From Paramecium tetraurelia (lineage: Eukaryota): 64,000 nucleotides of DNA. The notes beneath the pieces were generated by a model that was not told where the DNA came from, did not search any database, and saw only the letters and a list, made by a program, of their open reading frames with translations. The stretch spans positions 310,001-374,000 of the forward strand of contig CT868296.1 in NCBI GenBank assembly GCA_000165425.1. Direction: 5' to 3'. The translations under genes were made by a program, and so were the position numbers. This document shows positions 1-13,750 of this stretch, piece after piece (the first letter of the stretch is position 1; each line of letters opens with the position of its first letter).

Positions 1-885
1 TATGCACTCAGTTGACATAAACATCTTATACAAAAGCATGATCCTTTACATTTTCCTGAGTTACATTAGTAAATTAGTCTATCGATCAAAATTTCAGTGA
101 TCCCCTAACAAACAAAGCATGGAATAAAATCAGCTATACTTATTATTCTGATTTTCTTTCTTTGTTTAGGGATAGGATTTTCCTATTACTTATTTTGCAA
201 GGCATTGCAGTTATTTAATTAAAAATGATTATAGTGATCCTTCTTATTATAATAATTTTACCTCTTTTTTTAATTATTCATCGCATTTATAACAAAAATA
301 AGTGCCACATTTGCAAGTCATAAAACTACAACCTGCTGTTTTTTCAACTAAGATTTTACATTTTGGACATCTGCTAATCTATAATTTTTTCTTTTTTTCT
401 ATATAACTACCTTCTTTAAGCAATAATGCTTATTCGCAAGTGATTTCAAGTAAATGATCATTATTGCATTTTCTACAATGTTATTATTTACAAACAGGGC
501 ACTTTTGATGATCTTAAATTATACTTATATAGTAACCTGCAAATTTCCATATCATAAATTTATACGAGCAAGATTAATTCTTACATGCTACAAGGATTTC
601 ATCATCTATCAAATATTCTATAAGGTTTTGCTTAATTAAAAGTTCACAATATTGTGAATAAAAATCTGAACTAACTATGCTTTATATCCATTAATTATCA
701 ACAAGCTGAGTATTACAATATGAACATGCGAAATACTTAAGTTAAACCTTTTATTCTCTTATACTTTATTCATATGAAGTTTTTAAACATTGCTTACAAA
801 AAGAATGTTAGCAGTTTGGAAACCATTGTATGTCAGTCTTCGAAAAATTGGAAAAACATATAAGGCAGCTTTATTATTCATCCAT
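1..885 (-). CDS. RBR (RING-IBR-RING) E3 ubiquitin ligase, 3' end outside window
   Basis: Ciliate-code translation from ATG 885: RING1 CLICF...CQHSFCKQC...CSYC, an IBR-like Cys region, and RING2 RCPKCKILVEKTAGCSFMTCKCGTYFCYKC. Frame stays open off the window edge. Confidence 0.85.
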
Positions 886-1309
886 ATAAAATTAATAATA
901 ATTTTATAATATTATTGACATCTTAGACAACAATTATCATTAGAGTCTTAACAATTAATCAAGAAGTCTAGTCATATTTATTCTTTTATCTGATTTTGTC
1001 GAATAACTTTTTTTGATTAAAAATGCTAGTATCTTATATGAAAATTACCAATTAACAATTAATATATATTCTAATTAGGAGTATATTTTGCATAGTCAAC
1101 ATTCTTAATCAATCAAATATTTTAATCTGTATAAATAAATGAAAAATTATTTAAATATTGAGGTTGGTTTTAAAAACTTTACATTACTAGTTAAAAAATG
1201 ATTAAGTATTTATTAATAAAATATTTAATATATATTGATTTGGATATAAAACATCTTTAAATAGAATTTAAAATATATATTTTATAAGTGAAAAGGCTCA
1301 AACTATCTT

Positions 1310-2681
1310 TCAAATTTATGAATTGTTCGTTGAATGAGGAAAAGACTCTTGTCTAATTAAATAAGAATTTTGGAGAACATTCATTTGTGATAGTGAAAGT
1401 TACATCCCTGTAGACATATTAGTTTCTTAACTAGAAGCATTCGATAAAATTGGAATGCTTTCTTTGAGCATTTATGAATGTGAAAATACACTAGCCATTT
1501 CCTCCCAAAACTTTTAACACATGGAAAAGTCTACATTACGACAAATAATTACATTATTATTAATATTATTATTATTACTAATACTATTGTTAAGGGTAAT
1601 TCTAAAAGACTTAAGAATTATATAAAGATCTAAATTGTTCACTTGGAAATTGCGAATTCTATATGTTAAGTATCTAATTAAGATTTTTGCTTAAACTTTA
1701 ACTTAACACACTTTATGCAGTTATATTTGGTTAAAATTAGTTGTCATCTTCCTCTTTGACCTAGACTTCTGAACTTTCAACTGACGCTATTCCATTCCAA
1801 ACTTCCTCATTTTTTTCATTGATATTATTAAATATATTTTTTTCCTACTCCTTTTCTTTTGTAATAGCATTTAATTTTTTAGATTTCTTTTTTGAAATTT
1901 AAGAATGTTTCTTCTTTTTTACAATACTGTTTTGGCAAGATTAACTACTCTTATTTTAATCCTGCTTTAGAATTTCATCTGATTAATTTGATTTTAATTA
2001 TTCCACATCAGTTTTTTGTTATGAATTAGGTATGACATAGTAAGGATTTTAGATATTCATATACTCTTTTCTGATGAAGGAATAAAATCTATTTTTTATC
2101 ATATTTTCCTAAAAAAATTAAGTTAAGTATTATACAGGTCTCCCTTTTAATAACTTGGATATTTCCGTCCACCTTGATCCGTACTTTTAATAGGCTTCCA
2201 TGACAATAAGATCTTCTTCCTTTGACCATGGTTCAGCCCTTATTTCTGGGTTTAATTTGTTTATGAATCGTTCTCGAATTTACTTTCCCGTCCTCCAATG
2301 CATTATGCTAGCTATCATTCCCCAATTCCTTTTGTGTATTTAAACCAACTCTAACAGTTATTAATCTTCTATTGCACTCCAAGAATGTCGAGAGCGTTAC
2401 TGAGCTTATTTAAAATTAAACATACTGAGACAGGCTTAATTCTCTTCCATCTTTATGCGCATTAAGAAGGATTTCTATTATATAAATGTTTTGCCACTTC
2501 CTTCCAATTAGTTCCAAGTTCATGAATTGCTCTTTCCAGCAGCTTGTCTTCCTTTTAAGACCATATTTTTCTATTCTGTATTTTTTTTGAAGTTGCCTTT
2601 GCTGACAATTTATCATCCTCCATTTCATAACGTTCCAACTAACTACAATTGAGAAATACATTACTTATCACTAGGCACCAT
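1310..2681 (-). CDS. R1R2R3 Myb-type transcription factor
   Basis: Three Myb repeats: WSQKEDKLL...WKEVAKHLYNRNPSQCAQRW; WSAIEDQQL...RTGKQIRERFINKLNP; WSKEEDLIV...RPENMIKNRFY. Tiny introns, low-complexity C-terminus, TGA at 1310. Confidence 0.85.
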
Positions 2682-3626
2682 TCAAAATTTAATTTAATTA
2701 TTTATATTTCCCAATCAGATTTGTCATGTTTATATGTGATGAAAATATATAAAATAAGATTTGAAACAAACTATAAAAATATTAAACAAGATAATAATCC
2801 CTAATGACCATATAGAACATTTTTTATAATTAAGGGTACTTCAATTAACATTATAATTTAAAACTTACCCGACAGAAGTTAATTTTAATATCCAATACAA
2901 ATATGTTTTGTAATAAAAATATGTATGAATTCACAAAAATTTATTTGTTTATCAAGTAATTATTTGAATTTTACTACAACCCAATTGATTTAAGAGACTC
3001 AAGTTTCAAATTCTGTTAGGATTTTGCATGAAAATTAACTTTTACCTTGTGTCAATACGTTAAATTCCTAATAGAAGATTCTAAAATCATTCTAATATTG
3101 AATTACGAACTCTTTGTTAAAAAGTCGTTAAAATCACAAAAAACAAGCATAAGAATTGTTATCTTAACTTGAGTTTTTGAGTTTTAAATGAATCAAATTT
3201 TTAATGAAAGCCCATTTATCAATTCCTAAAAATAACTTATTAAATATAAAACATTAATTAAAATATTTTATATATAAAATAGGCCTCATCGTTAAATAAA
3301 TTCTGTTGATTTGGTTAAGCTAGAGAGCATCACTGAAAGGTTAAGTTAATTCAAAATTATCTATATATCGCTTATGTCTATAGAAAATCATGAAATAGAC
3401 TAATATTGGACAATGAAGATGGATCTTTCATCTATTGATCGTAATTGACGAATTCAAAATTAATGTTCTACTCAATTTCAGGAATGTTTTCATATGAAAA
3501 ATAAGAATAGAATTAACAATTACCTCAAAATAATTTGAAAGGAAAATAATATATACTTTACGTTTTTTATATTAAATTGTTCTCTTTAATGGTCAATTTT
3601 TTATATAATTAGTTTTTTAAAATAAC

Positions 3627-4336
3627 TCATTCAATTTTCATATATTTCTTCTTCTTTTCTAAAATATTTGATTGCGCTATATCAATTCTTCTGATCTTCT
3701 TCAACAAAATAGAATGTGATCTGTTTTAAAAGTACCATATGACTGCTATAATAGTGAATATTATTGAATAAATAAGAATCTATATATTTGTATATAATAA
3801 GTACTGCAACAAAGCCAGTCAGCTTTCTTAACGTTCTCTTCCAATAATTGATTTCTTTAGGAACCTTCTTTCCTTAGAGTTAATTCCATTCTTCATTCCT
3901 CACAAAATTTGAAACAGATTCAAAGGTTAATTCTCCATTATATCTATACATAAGACTATTCATATCAAAGTAAATTAATTATGGGAATTTCGAAATTACT
4001 ATTCTATCTCTTACATCCTCATTTTCATATCTAACATAAATGAATTAAATACATATCAACAGCTGAAAAGTACATATTTGTTGTTTTGAATTCCTCTGCT
4101 AATTTGTCAAAGATTGGAATAAATTCTTTCGAATTTTCTTCATGCTCCATAAAAAAGAATACTAACCATGGCTTCTCCATTTTTTTATCTAATCAATCAT
4201 TAAAATAATTACCTATTTGTAATTGATTGAAAAAGTCATAGTCCTTTAAAGCAATAATCCTATATGAAAATAATTTTGATTTTTCAACGCCATATATTGT
4301 TAAGACAAGCGAGATTAGAATTAAGTATATATACAT
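3627..4336 (-). CDS. Thioredoxin-fold type I membrane protein (TMX-like) lacking CXXC
   Basis: Signal peptide, KPWLVFF..., FSAVD, ISKFPQLIYF, YRYNGELT, C-terminal TM helix and basic tail. Three tiny introns. Confidence 0.7.
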
Positions 4337-4642
4337 TATATTATATTTAATATATGTTTTATTTTATTTAAAATTTTCTAATGAATGACTTTATAGTAAA
4401 TATCTAGCATTTCACAGCTCAATACAATTAGATTAGCGTAAAATGTTAGCTATTTACTATAAAAATAAATTTCATTGTTATTAATTAAGAATTAATGTAC
4501 AAAAAACTCAATTTCTATATAAAAATGAATTTAGTTTGTAGGAATTGAAAGTAAGCTAGTTTAATTGGATTATTAAGCTAATTTCAATTTGATAATCCCT
4601 TAAATTTGATATTATTTCTCATACATAAATTAAATTATTAAT

Positions 4643-7078
4643 ATGAAGAACGAATAATCTATATTTAAGTTATTTTTGACCATTGACTTAGCTAAACAAC
4701 TTACTAATAATAAAGAAATTGGTGCTTATCGTTTTGTGATTGATTTATAAGATTAATCAAAAACATTTAATTCGGCATCGACCTAGAGCATTTTATTTTT
4801 CTTAAAGTAAAATTAGTCATCATATAAATATTACTAGTGAAATAGAAAACAATACCAACATGACGGTGAAAATAATATCAGAAAAAGCAAACAAAATTTT
4901 AGGTACTTTAAGTATATTGATCCCATTTGCAATTAACTATGAATAAGAATTGACCATAACTGAATCATTTCAATTTGAAAACGAAACCAAATTGAATGGT
5001 TCTTACACACTCTATTTAATTAACATCCCATTGTTCAAATAATAAGGCTCCAATGATAGCACATCTGTCTAAAAAACTAACCTTGCTCCTTAATAATAAA
5101 AGTAAAAGAAGCAGGTCTCTAAGTCCCCTTAATCAAAACAGTCATAGTAATCTTATCTAGAAAAAATAAACAAGGAAGTCACCTAGATTCTAAATAAACA
5201 TCACCATTCTCTAAGCTCAAGGAAAGATAAGACGATTGATACTGGGATTGTGGATGAATCTCCAAGTAGAATAAGCGATAGAGTGTAAGTGAGTAGATCT
5301 GGAACAATTATTTAGTCGGAGATCAGTCCATCTTAAGTGAGAAAATATGTTATGGAAGATTCTCCGTCTAAATTAAATTGCAGTTTCAATAAGGAAAAGG
5401 AAATAAACCATAGGCATCATTAAGAACTTAGTTGCTTATACTACTTAGATTAGGCAACTCTAAGTAATCAAATTCAAATAGAGAATGAGAACTTAAAAGA
5501 AACTGTTATAAATTTGAACACTAAATTGGAGTATTAGGAATAATAAATAATTTTATACAAATCATTAGAATCAAATTATAAAGAACTCTAAAATCAGTTA
5601 ACCTCATTTTTGAAGGCTCAGGAATTAACTAAATCTGTTGATTCAGTATTTGATAAGGAAATACTAAAATTGAATGCATAATTAAATTAGAAGATTTCCC
5701 AATTGTTAGAAAACGAAAAGAAATTTTCAAAATAAAAACTTGAGTATGAAATCTAAATATCTGAACAGAGGAATGAAATTAATATGCTGAGATAGAATCT
5801 ATACGAATTAAGTGAGAGATAAAAATACTATTCCAATTTAAATAATGAATTAATTAACCAAAAATAATAAAATATGGAATTAAAATAAGATTTAATTAAA
5901 AACGTTAAGGATTACGAAGTCAAATTATCTAAATTTGATTAGCATATCACAGACCAAAATAAAAAAATTGATGATCAAACTAAGTTAATTTGGGATTAAA
6001 AGTAGCAATATTAAGAGTTGGAGAAATAAAATAAATCCTTATCTTTTTAATTGAAGAAGCTTCAAGAGAATCAATAAAAACAGCCATTAATTAATATAAA
6101 ACCAGTCAGCAATAATAATGATAATGAAGAGACATCAAAACAACTATAAATTACATAAGAGATTAACTAATAGAAGTAAATTGAAATTGAAAAATTACAG
6201 AATGCTTTAAAGAAAGCTCAATAATTAAATTAAGATTAATAGAATGAGTAAGCATAAACAAAATAAGCAGTAAATTAGCTTAAATAGGAACTCTCAAAAT
6301 TAAAAGAACACAACATATAAAATTAAAATCAAAAGACAAAATAATAAACTGAAACTAAATAATTGCAATAATAAATAGACAACGAAAAATCAAAAGTATG
6401 AAATTGATACAATTATAGGTTGCAACTTTATAGAGTCAATTAAAAGCCAAGAGCATTTAATTACAAGAGGCTTAAGTTAGAGATGAGAATTAATAAAATA
6501 AGATATTGAAATTGGAGTAGATTATAAAATAAACCAAGAATTTGATTGAAAATTAGGAAGAACAGATCAATTTATTGAATAATTAAGTAAAATATATGAT
6601 AATTCTTAGATTAAAGATTTGTAGGATACAAAACAGAAATAACAAAATGATATAAAAGAGGACAAAGAAAAAATGAATTAATTAAAGTAATTGATAAGTG
6701 GAATGAAAGAATAACGAGTTGCATACATTCCAATGCATGGTGATCCAATAGATCATGCTCTATCAGAATACATCAACTCTGTGGATGATCCAAAAAAACT
6801 AATTGAACTCTTTTTTAGGGAAAAAGAAGGATAATATTTAATCGGCTCAAAAAGTGTACACCTAAAGAGTATATAACAAATCAATTAATTTAGCTGAATA
6901 AGGGAAAGTGTTTGTTAAGATTGGTGGAGGATTCATAGGAATTGAAGAATTTTTGGATTTATATTTAAAGGAAAAAACTGAGAAAATTGAAAAAAAATAA
7001 AGCTAACTAACTCCACGAAATAAGACTTCGAATAAAAGTTAAAGATCTTAGATATCTACTCACTAGTTTACTTCTTGA
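4643..7078 (+). CDS. Coiled-coil protein with C-terminal GAS2/GAR microtubule-binding domain
   Basis: Long Q/E/K heptad region, then GDPIDHALSEYIN...REKEGQYLIGSKSVHL...VFVKIGGGFIGIEEFL, which matches the GAS2 VRVGGGW-type motif. Confidence 0.8.
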
Positions 7079-7242
7079 TATTTATCATAAATTTATCATA
7101 AAGGAGAATTTTCATATAATTTTTTTGGAAATTAATATTTATTATATTATTATAATCAATATAATAAGGAATTAATAGATAAAAAACAGTAATTACATAA
7201 AATTAAATTATGATTATAATTTATGATTTTTATTTATTGCTA

Positions 7243-9985
7243 TCAATGTTTTATTTTTTCTGCCATTTCCTATTATGATTTGCTTAAAGCTACACCTTTG
7301 ACTCTTTCATGTTTTTAAGTTGCTGGTCCCGGAACTTTGATTGGTTTTAATTACCAAATCTCTTCAGCATACTCATAGATAGTCCTATCACTGCTAAATT
7401 TATAAGATCTGATGGCATTATAAATACTCTTCTTAGCCCACTCATTTGGTTAACGATACAGATCATCAACCTATTATACTTTAATGAATTATTACCTATT
7501 GTTAAGCCTTGATATAATCTTTGAAATCTTAACCAACTAAATAATTATCATTCTTATATCTAATACTATCAACAATCCATTTCAATTCATCATTATGTCC
7601 GAATCTTCCATTATCAATTTCTGCAAATACTTTTAATAATTCTTATGGGAAATATTCATGAGGATCAGTATTTCTCATTTTCTCTTTCATATTATCTACA
7701 TCTTCCACTTAAGTTCCAAAAATAAATATATTTTCTCTGCCAACTGCTTCATCAATTTCTACATTGGCTCCATCTAAAGTACCTAAGATGAGACAGCCAT
7801 TCATAATAAATTTCATATTAGAAGTACCAGAAGCTTCTGTTCCTGCAGTTGAGATGTGTTAAGACAATTCTGCAGCAGGAATAATAATTTAAGCATTACT
7901 TACATTATAATTTGGCATAAACACTACTTTTAAGAGATCTCCAATTTGATGATCATTATTAATAACATCAGCAACTGAATTGATTAATTTAATGACTCTT
8001 TTTGCATTAACATATCCAGGGAGCTGCTTTTACCACCAAAACATACACTTCTAGGAACAATCCTCTTTCTCTCTTCAGGAGTTGATTCCTTTATGATCAA
8101 ATATCTATAGATCACATACAGAATATTCATCAATTATCTTTTGTATTCATGTATTCTTTTCACTTATATATCAAACAATGAATCAACATTTAAATCAACT
8201 TAACAAGTCTTTCTAATCCAATGAACAAATCTCTCTTTGTTTTCCATTTTAATCATCTAGAAATCCCTAACAAATTGAGGATCAGAAACATTAGATTCCA
8301 ATTATTTCAATAACTCCATATCTAGGACCCATTTGTCGTTGCCTAATACTCTATCATATAATGCAGCTAATGCTGGATTAGCACATCTGACCCATCTTCT
8401 AGGAGTGACTCCATTGGTTTTATTTTAAAATTTATTTGGATGCATTTCAAAGAACTCTTTGAATATAGTAGTTTTCAATAATTCTGTATGGATCTTTGCA
8501 ACTCCATTAACAAATTTAGAACCTACAATAGACAAATTGGCCATTCTGACTTTTTTAGTTCCCTCTTCTTCCACAATAGAGAGAGCACTTAATTTGCCCC
8601 AATTGTTTGGATACTTCTATTATACTTTTTCCAAAAACAAGAAATTGATTAAGTAGATGATTTCCAAATGTCTTGGAAGTAATTTCTCAATTAAAGGCAC
8701 TCCCCATTTCTCCAATGCTTCTGGTAATACTGTATGGTTGGTGTAATTGAATGATTTAGTTACTATTTACCAAGCAGACATGTTGTCCAATTACTCAATA
8801 TCTATCAAAATACGAAGCAATTCAACAATAGCCAAAGCAGGATGTGTATCATTCAATTATACTGCCACCTTTTATGGAAAAGCATTCCAATCTAAAACCT
8901 TTCTTCTCTTGAATCTTCTTACTATATCTTACATACTTGCAGAAACCAACAGATATTACTACTTTAATCTTAATTCCTTTCCAGCATCAGTCGAATCGTT
9001 TGGATATAAAACAGATGTTATGTATTCTGCCTTTTATCTCTACTCCAATGCTTTGAAATAATCACCTGTATTGAAACTACTAAAATCAAACTCTGAGGCT
9101 GGATGAGATTTCCATAATCTCAATGCAATTGTATTTTGAGTATTATATCCAGGAATGGGTGTATCATATGCTCTAGCCATAATGGTTTCACCTCCCTCCC
9201 AAACACTTCTTTCGACTCCATGATCCCATACTTTCTTAACAAAACCATAAAATCTGATTTAATATTGGACATCCAATCTCTCAATTTCCCATGGATTTCC
9301 ATGATTCAACCAAAAATCTGGAGACTCCACTTAATAACCATCTTTGATCAACTATTTGAATATTCCATAAGTATATCTTATTCCATAACCAAATGATGGA
9401 TAATTTAGAGTAGCCAAAGAATCCAAAAAACAGGCTGCCAATCTACCCAAACCTCCATTTCCCAAAGCTGGATCCACTTCTTCATCATAGAGCTCTTCCA
9501 ATTTATATCCAAGATCCATAAGTGCGTCTCTGTAATCATCTTCCAAATCCAAATTAACTAATGCATTTTATAGGCATCTTCCGATCAAAAATTCCAAACT
9601 TAAATAATAGATACGTTTGGCATCCATCTAATGAAAATGTAAATTTGTATCATTAAATGCTTCAATCAATCTATCTCTTACTGAATGAGACAAAGCTTAA
9701 TAACTATGAAATTTGGAGAAATCAAAGCGTGTTCTGGCCAATGTGTACTCGACGTGATGAACAATAGATTATTACAATGCTAACTTGTCACTCCCTTAGT
9801 AAGAATCCATTAACTCCCAAATTTTTGAAGTATCCCTTGGACTGGCTTATAGCCCAAATTGTTCAACCTCTAATACGATTATATTTGATATTACAATATT
9901 CAGGTCTATACATATTTGAAGGGCTTCCACTAACTTACACAGTTGATCTACGAACACTAGTCCTATATGTAGCTTTTTGATCCAT
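7243..9985 (-). CDS. glgP: Glycogen phosphorylase (apparent +2 frameshift near 8020-8031)
   Basis: Motifs [68 protein letters not shown] and the PLP-lysine motif [10 protein letters not shown]. Confidence 0.97.
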
Positions 9986-10313
9986 TTTTATTTAATATAT
10001 AAATAATATATATCTAATATAATTTATTTGTACATATATACTTTTTTGAAATAAAAGTTAATAATTAAAGTAAACAAACCTATGTTAAGTTGTATATTAT
10101 TTAAATTAAATTGGGACTTCTTTCAATCTTACTATCTTTTGAACTTGATTTGTCTTGATGATATACTCAAGATCAAATAGAACGCAGCCTATGAGATTAG
10201 CCACAATTCGATTGGACCTGAATCTTATCAAATAACTTCGTATTTCTTATCTAGTAGCTCTATTAGAAAAGAGATTTTATTGGAATTTCCAGAATTATAA
10301 TAATTACTTTAAA

Positions 10314-11854
10314 ATGAAAACTAAATAAAGAAGGTCAATAAGTAGCGAATCCAAAAAGCCTTCCAATGACTACACTTTTAGGACTATTTAGTTAGCTACT
10401 CCATAGGTTGAATATTTCACTTCAAGATCTACTACAGCGTCAGTTGAAAAAAAATTACATAAATTGGGTAAACATAGGAACGAATTAAACTTACAGCTTA
10501 ACAAAACAATTAATTATGATGATCAATCTCTTAGAAATTCAATGCTCTATTAAAATGAAGATTGGGGTAAATTTGAATTTCCAAGTTGGTTAAAAGGAAG
10601 AACCGACTTTATGAAACTTAGAAAATCCAAGCATTTTGATTATCATTTATAAGTCTTCTCAATATGCGAACAAGAGTATTAATCTCCATTAAATTTTAGC
10701 CCTTTTCGAAGATCTGATGAACTGATAGAAATTGTTGCTAACTACTTGGTAAAATTAGATTTCTTTCGACTTATGCCATTAAAAATGATTAAATAAATCT
10801 CCAGTAGACTATAGGCTAAAAGTTATGAAGAGGATGAAATTATATGCAACAAAGGAGACAAAGGAGACTCAATGTACATTATTTTCGATGGAAAAGTAGA
10901 GGTTTTAGGACAGAAAAAATTAGTATTAGGCCCCAAAAGCTTGATTGATCGAACTGCTTTGGAATTCGATTACTTTAGAAATAACACCTTGCAGGCAGTA
11001 ACAGTCACGCACTTATTAATATTGAATCGAATAGAATATGTTACAATCTTAAATCACAACATGAAAGCAGAGCATTCCAATCATGAGTAATTCATCAAGA
11101 GCCACTAATTATTTTCTCACTTTTCTGATGAAAGAGTCAATAAATTTTGCAGTGTTTTGCAAGGAAAGTTTTTGACTATTAATGAAACTCTATACAATGC
11201 AGGAGATATGATAGATTACCTCTACATAGTCAAACAAGGTACTTTGGCTAGATAAATAGTGATGGATTTAGAAGATCAGAATAGATGGCCCATTGTAAAA
11301 ATTCTATATATTCCTTTGTTAGAATTAGAAAAAATGGTTAAGTTAAATTATTACTAGAACTATATCTTTCAATATTGAATATCAAATAGGACAATTAGTT
11401 GGATACTCAGAGATTATAGATAATGATTTTGATTCAGAAAAAAAGAGGAAAGAAACTATTTATGCAAAAACTGATTGCTTTTTGTTATATGTTTCTAAAT
11501 CTCAATTCTTTTAAGGTATGATATTGATCCTAAATAATTATAGTCTTCAATCAAATTGATATTTAGTATTTTTAGAATTACCAAACTCAATATCCTCCTA
11601 TGACTTAAGAATAATTAGTAAAAGATACTCGCTAGAAATAAAGTGAATAAAAGTAAAAACTTTAAATGGTAAATTAAGCTATTTACTCTCATCTTAGATA
11701 ATTCTCTTTTGATTATGAAACGCTTAAAAAAAAAGAATAAAAGTTTGATTAGGTTACAAAAAATTAAAAAAAAGCTTCAAGAGAGTTTACAAATCGTTAC
11801 AAATTAATTCGAGGAGAAAAAAAAAATAAAATCATATCATTAGACAATTATTGA
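10314..11854 (+). CDS. Tandem cyclic nucleotide-binding domain protein
   Basis: ICNKGDKGDSMYIIFDGKVEV...RTALE...RNNTLQA, and a second domain LYNAGDMIDYLYIVKQG...GYSEII. Tiny introns. Start uncertain because the frame is open further upstream. Confidence 0.8.
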
Positions 11855-12153
11855 AATCATCACATTTATTTATCAATTATTATATCAAACCATTTATTAA
11901 GTTAGATTTAAAAAATAATTTTAGTTAATATATTAGTATTAAAGTCTGTTAAGACTATTATAATTATTAAATATTCTATCTAATTAGACTAAACTTTGAA
12001 TTTAATTTAAATTGCATTATTAAATCATAAATTTAACAATAAAATTTGAAAGTTATAAACTCTCTTAAAATTAATATAAATTAGAAATGGCTATAATTAT
12101 GATAAAAGATAAAACTTAAAGGAATAAAATAATATCTAAATATATTATTTAAT

Positions 12154-12522
12154 ATGAACTAAAATTTAATTAGATAATTTATAATATACTTATTGTCATT
12201 TCATTCATGTTTTTTCTTATTTAGATAATGGATTGAAACATTAACAGCTATTTATGATAATGTTATAATGCATAAATTGTAGGCTAAATGTAAATGTTAT
12301 AAAAAGGTGGCTTATGCTATCATAAAAGCTATAGAAAAGTTTTGCATAGAAAAATATACCCCGTAAATAGAAAGTGGATCTTTATATTATTCAGATATTG
12401 TGATAGAGGATGTGAATTACCCAGTCATGTCGGCAAACCCTCTAAAATTAATATAAATTGTACAAAAAGAAGCCTAAAGCCTTTGTTAATGTCAAATCAT
12501 ACACAAAAGAGTCTACTAGTGA
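12154..12522 (+). CDS. Small hypothetical protein (122 aa) with N-terminal hydrophobic helix
   Basis: Intronless ATG-to-TGA frame in the ciliate code, with IIYNILIVISFMFFLFR near the N-terminus. No recognised homology. Confidence 0.5.
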
Positions 12523-12649
12523 TACAAACATAACAACACAAAGTATATTTGCATAGAGAATAATATTTGAGTTTGACTTGAATAATTTCTTAATAAATCC
12601 ATTTAAAAGGGCTCCCAAGATTTAAGCAATGCCAACCGTAAGATACACA

Positions 12650-13750
12650 GATGCAGTTATCTCATTCACAGTCTAAAGATCATGATGTTATTTTGATAAT
12701 GATTTATTAATGAATTAATACAGGAGACCGTACTCGAATCCGATGATGATGCCACTAGTCCAAAAAAGAGGGTAGTATATAAAGGATGATTTATCAAACA
12801 TAGTTTTAAATATATTCTAAATGTTCCTACTTATAGAATTTTCTTCTGCTTCAATTTCTAAATCTTCTTAATTGACTTTGCTATCAAAGATTAGAACATC
12901 TGATTTTGTAGGGGTTTTAATAAAGAAAAAAAGCAGTGATAAAATGAGTTCAATAAACCCTGAGACCCAAAAAAAATTTGATCTTGATACTAATTATAAC
13001 ATGATATTAGCATAAAATCCACTCAACATAGAAGAACAGCCTAAAAATATATAAGTTGTGCTAAACATGATCTCTGATGATTCATGTGAGGAGCATTAAC
13101 TCACATAAAAATTTTAAAGAATAAAGTATCCAGCAAGACCAACTCCTAAGAGAAAAGTAAATGATATACTAAGTGGGCTCATTACTGAAGGTTTGCAAAT
13201 CCAAAAAGTGTCGTTACCGTTTCTACAATTCGCTAAATAGCTATTTCTTTGAATGAAAGTTACTCAGAAACAAAAAAGCATGGAACCACTAAAATAGCTT
13301 GAAATAGGAAGGCATAGTTGAATCTTCTGTTTTTTAGGTAAGCGGGGGCAATGATATTGAAAAGGAACTCGGTTAAGTAGACAGTCATAATCGAATATTT
13401 GCCTAAATCAGTATAGCCGTTTTGTTCTGCAATCTAGGGCAGCAAAGCTATAAGGGCTAAGCAAAGACTCAAATGTATTGTCAAAATCAGATTCATATAG
13501 AATAATTTCCAAAAGTTAGGAGGAATATTAAAACATGAAGCCATATTATAATTAATTTATAGCTTAATAAGATAACTATTGAGAGGCGAATTAATTTCTA
13601 GAGCAAAATTTTAGGCAATTATTTTTGGATCTCAAGCTAACTACCTTATAATGAAATGGAGTTCTTCAAAACAAAATGAATAATAAACTGAAGATATCAG
13701 ACGTCTATATATAATTACACTCAAGAATGAGCTAGAAATATGCTTAATGT
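12650..13750 (+). pseudogene. Probable degenerate gene remnant
   Basis: Coding-like composition and a ~130-codon open stretch (12835-13250), but in-frame TGAs and frame switches that no tiny GT-AG intron explains. Confidence 0.35.

Noticed and set aside
1318..1467. Short plus-strand ORF MNCSLNEEK...
   Set aside because: It lies antisense within the C-terminus of the Myb gene and has no independent support.
13165..13400. GC-richer patches resembling an RNase MRP 3' box or a C/D snoRNA start
   Set aside because: I found no complementary P4 partner strand and no proper C/D box pair.
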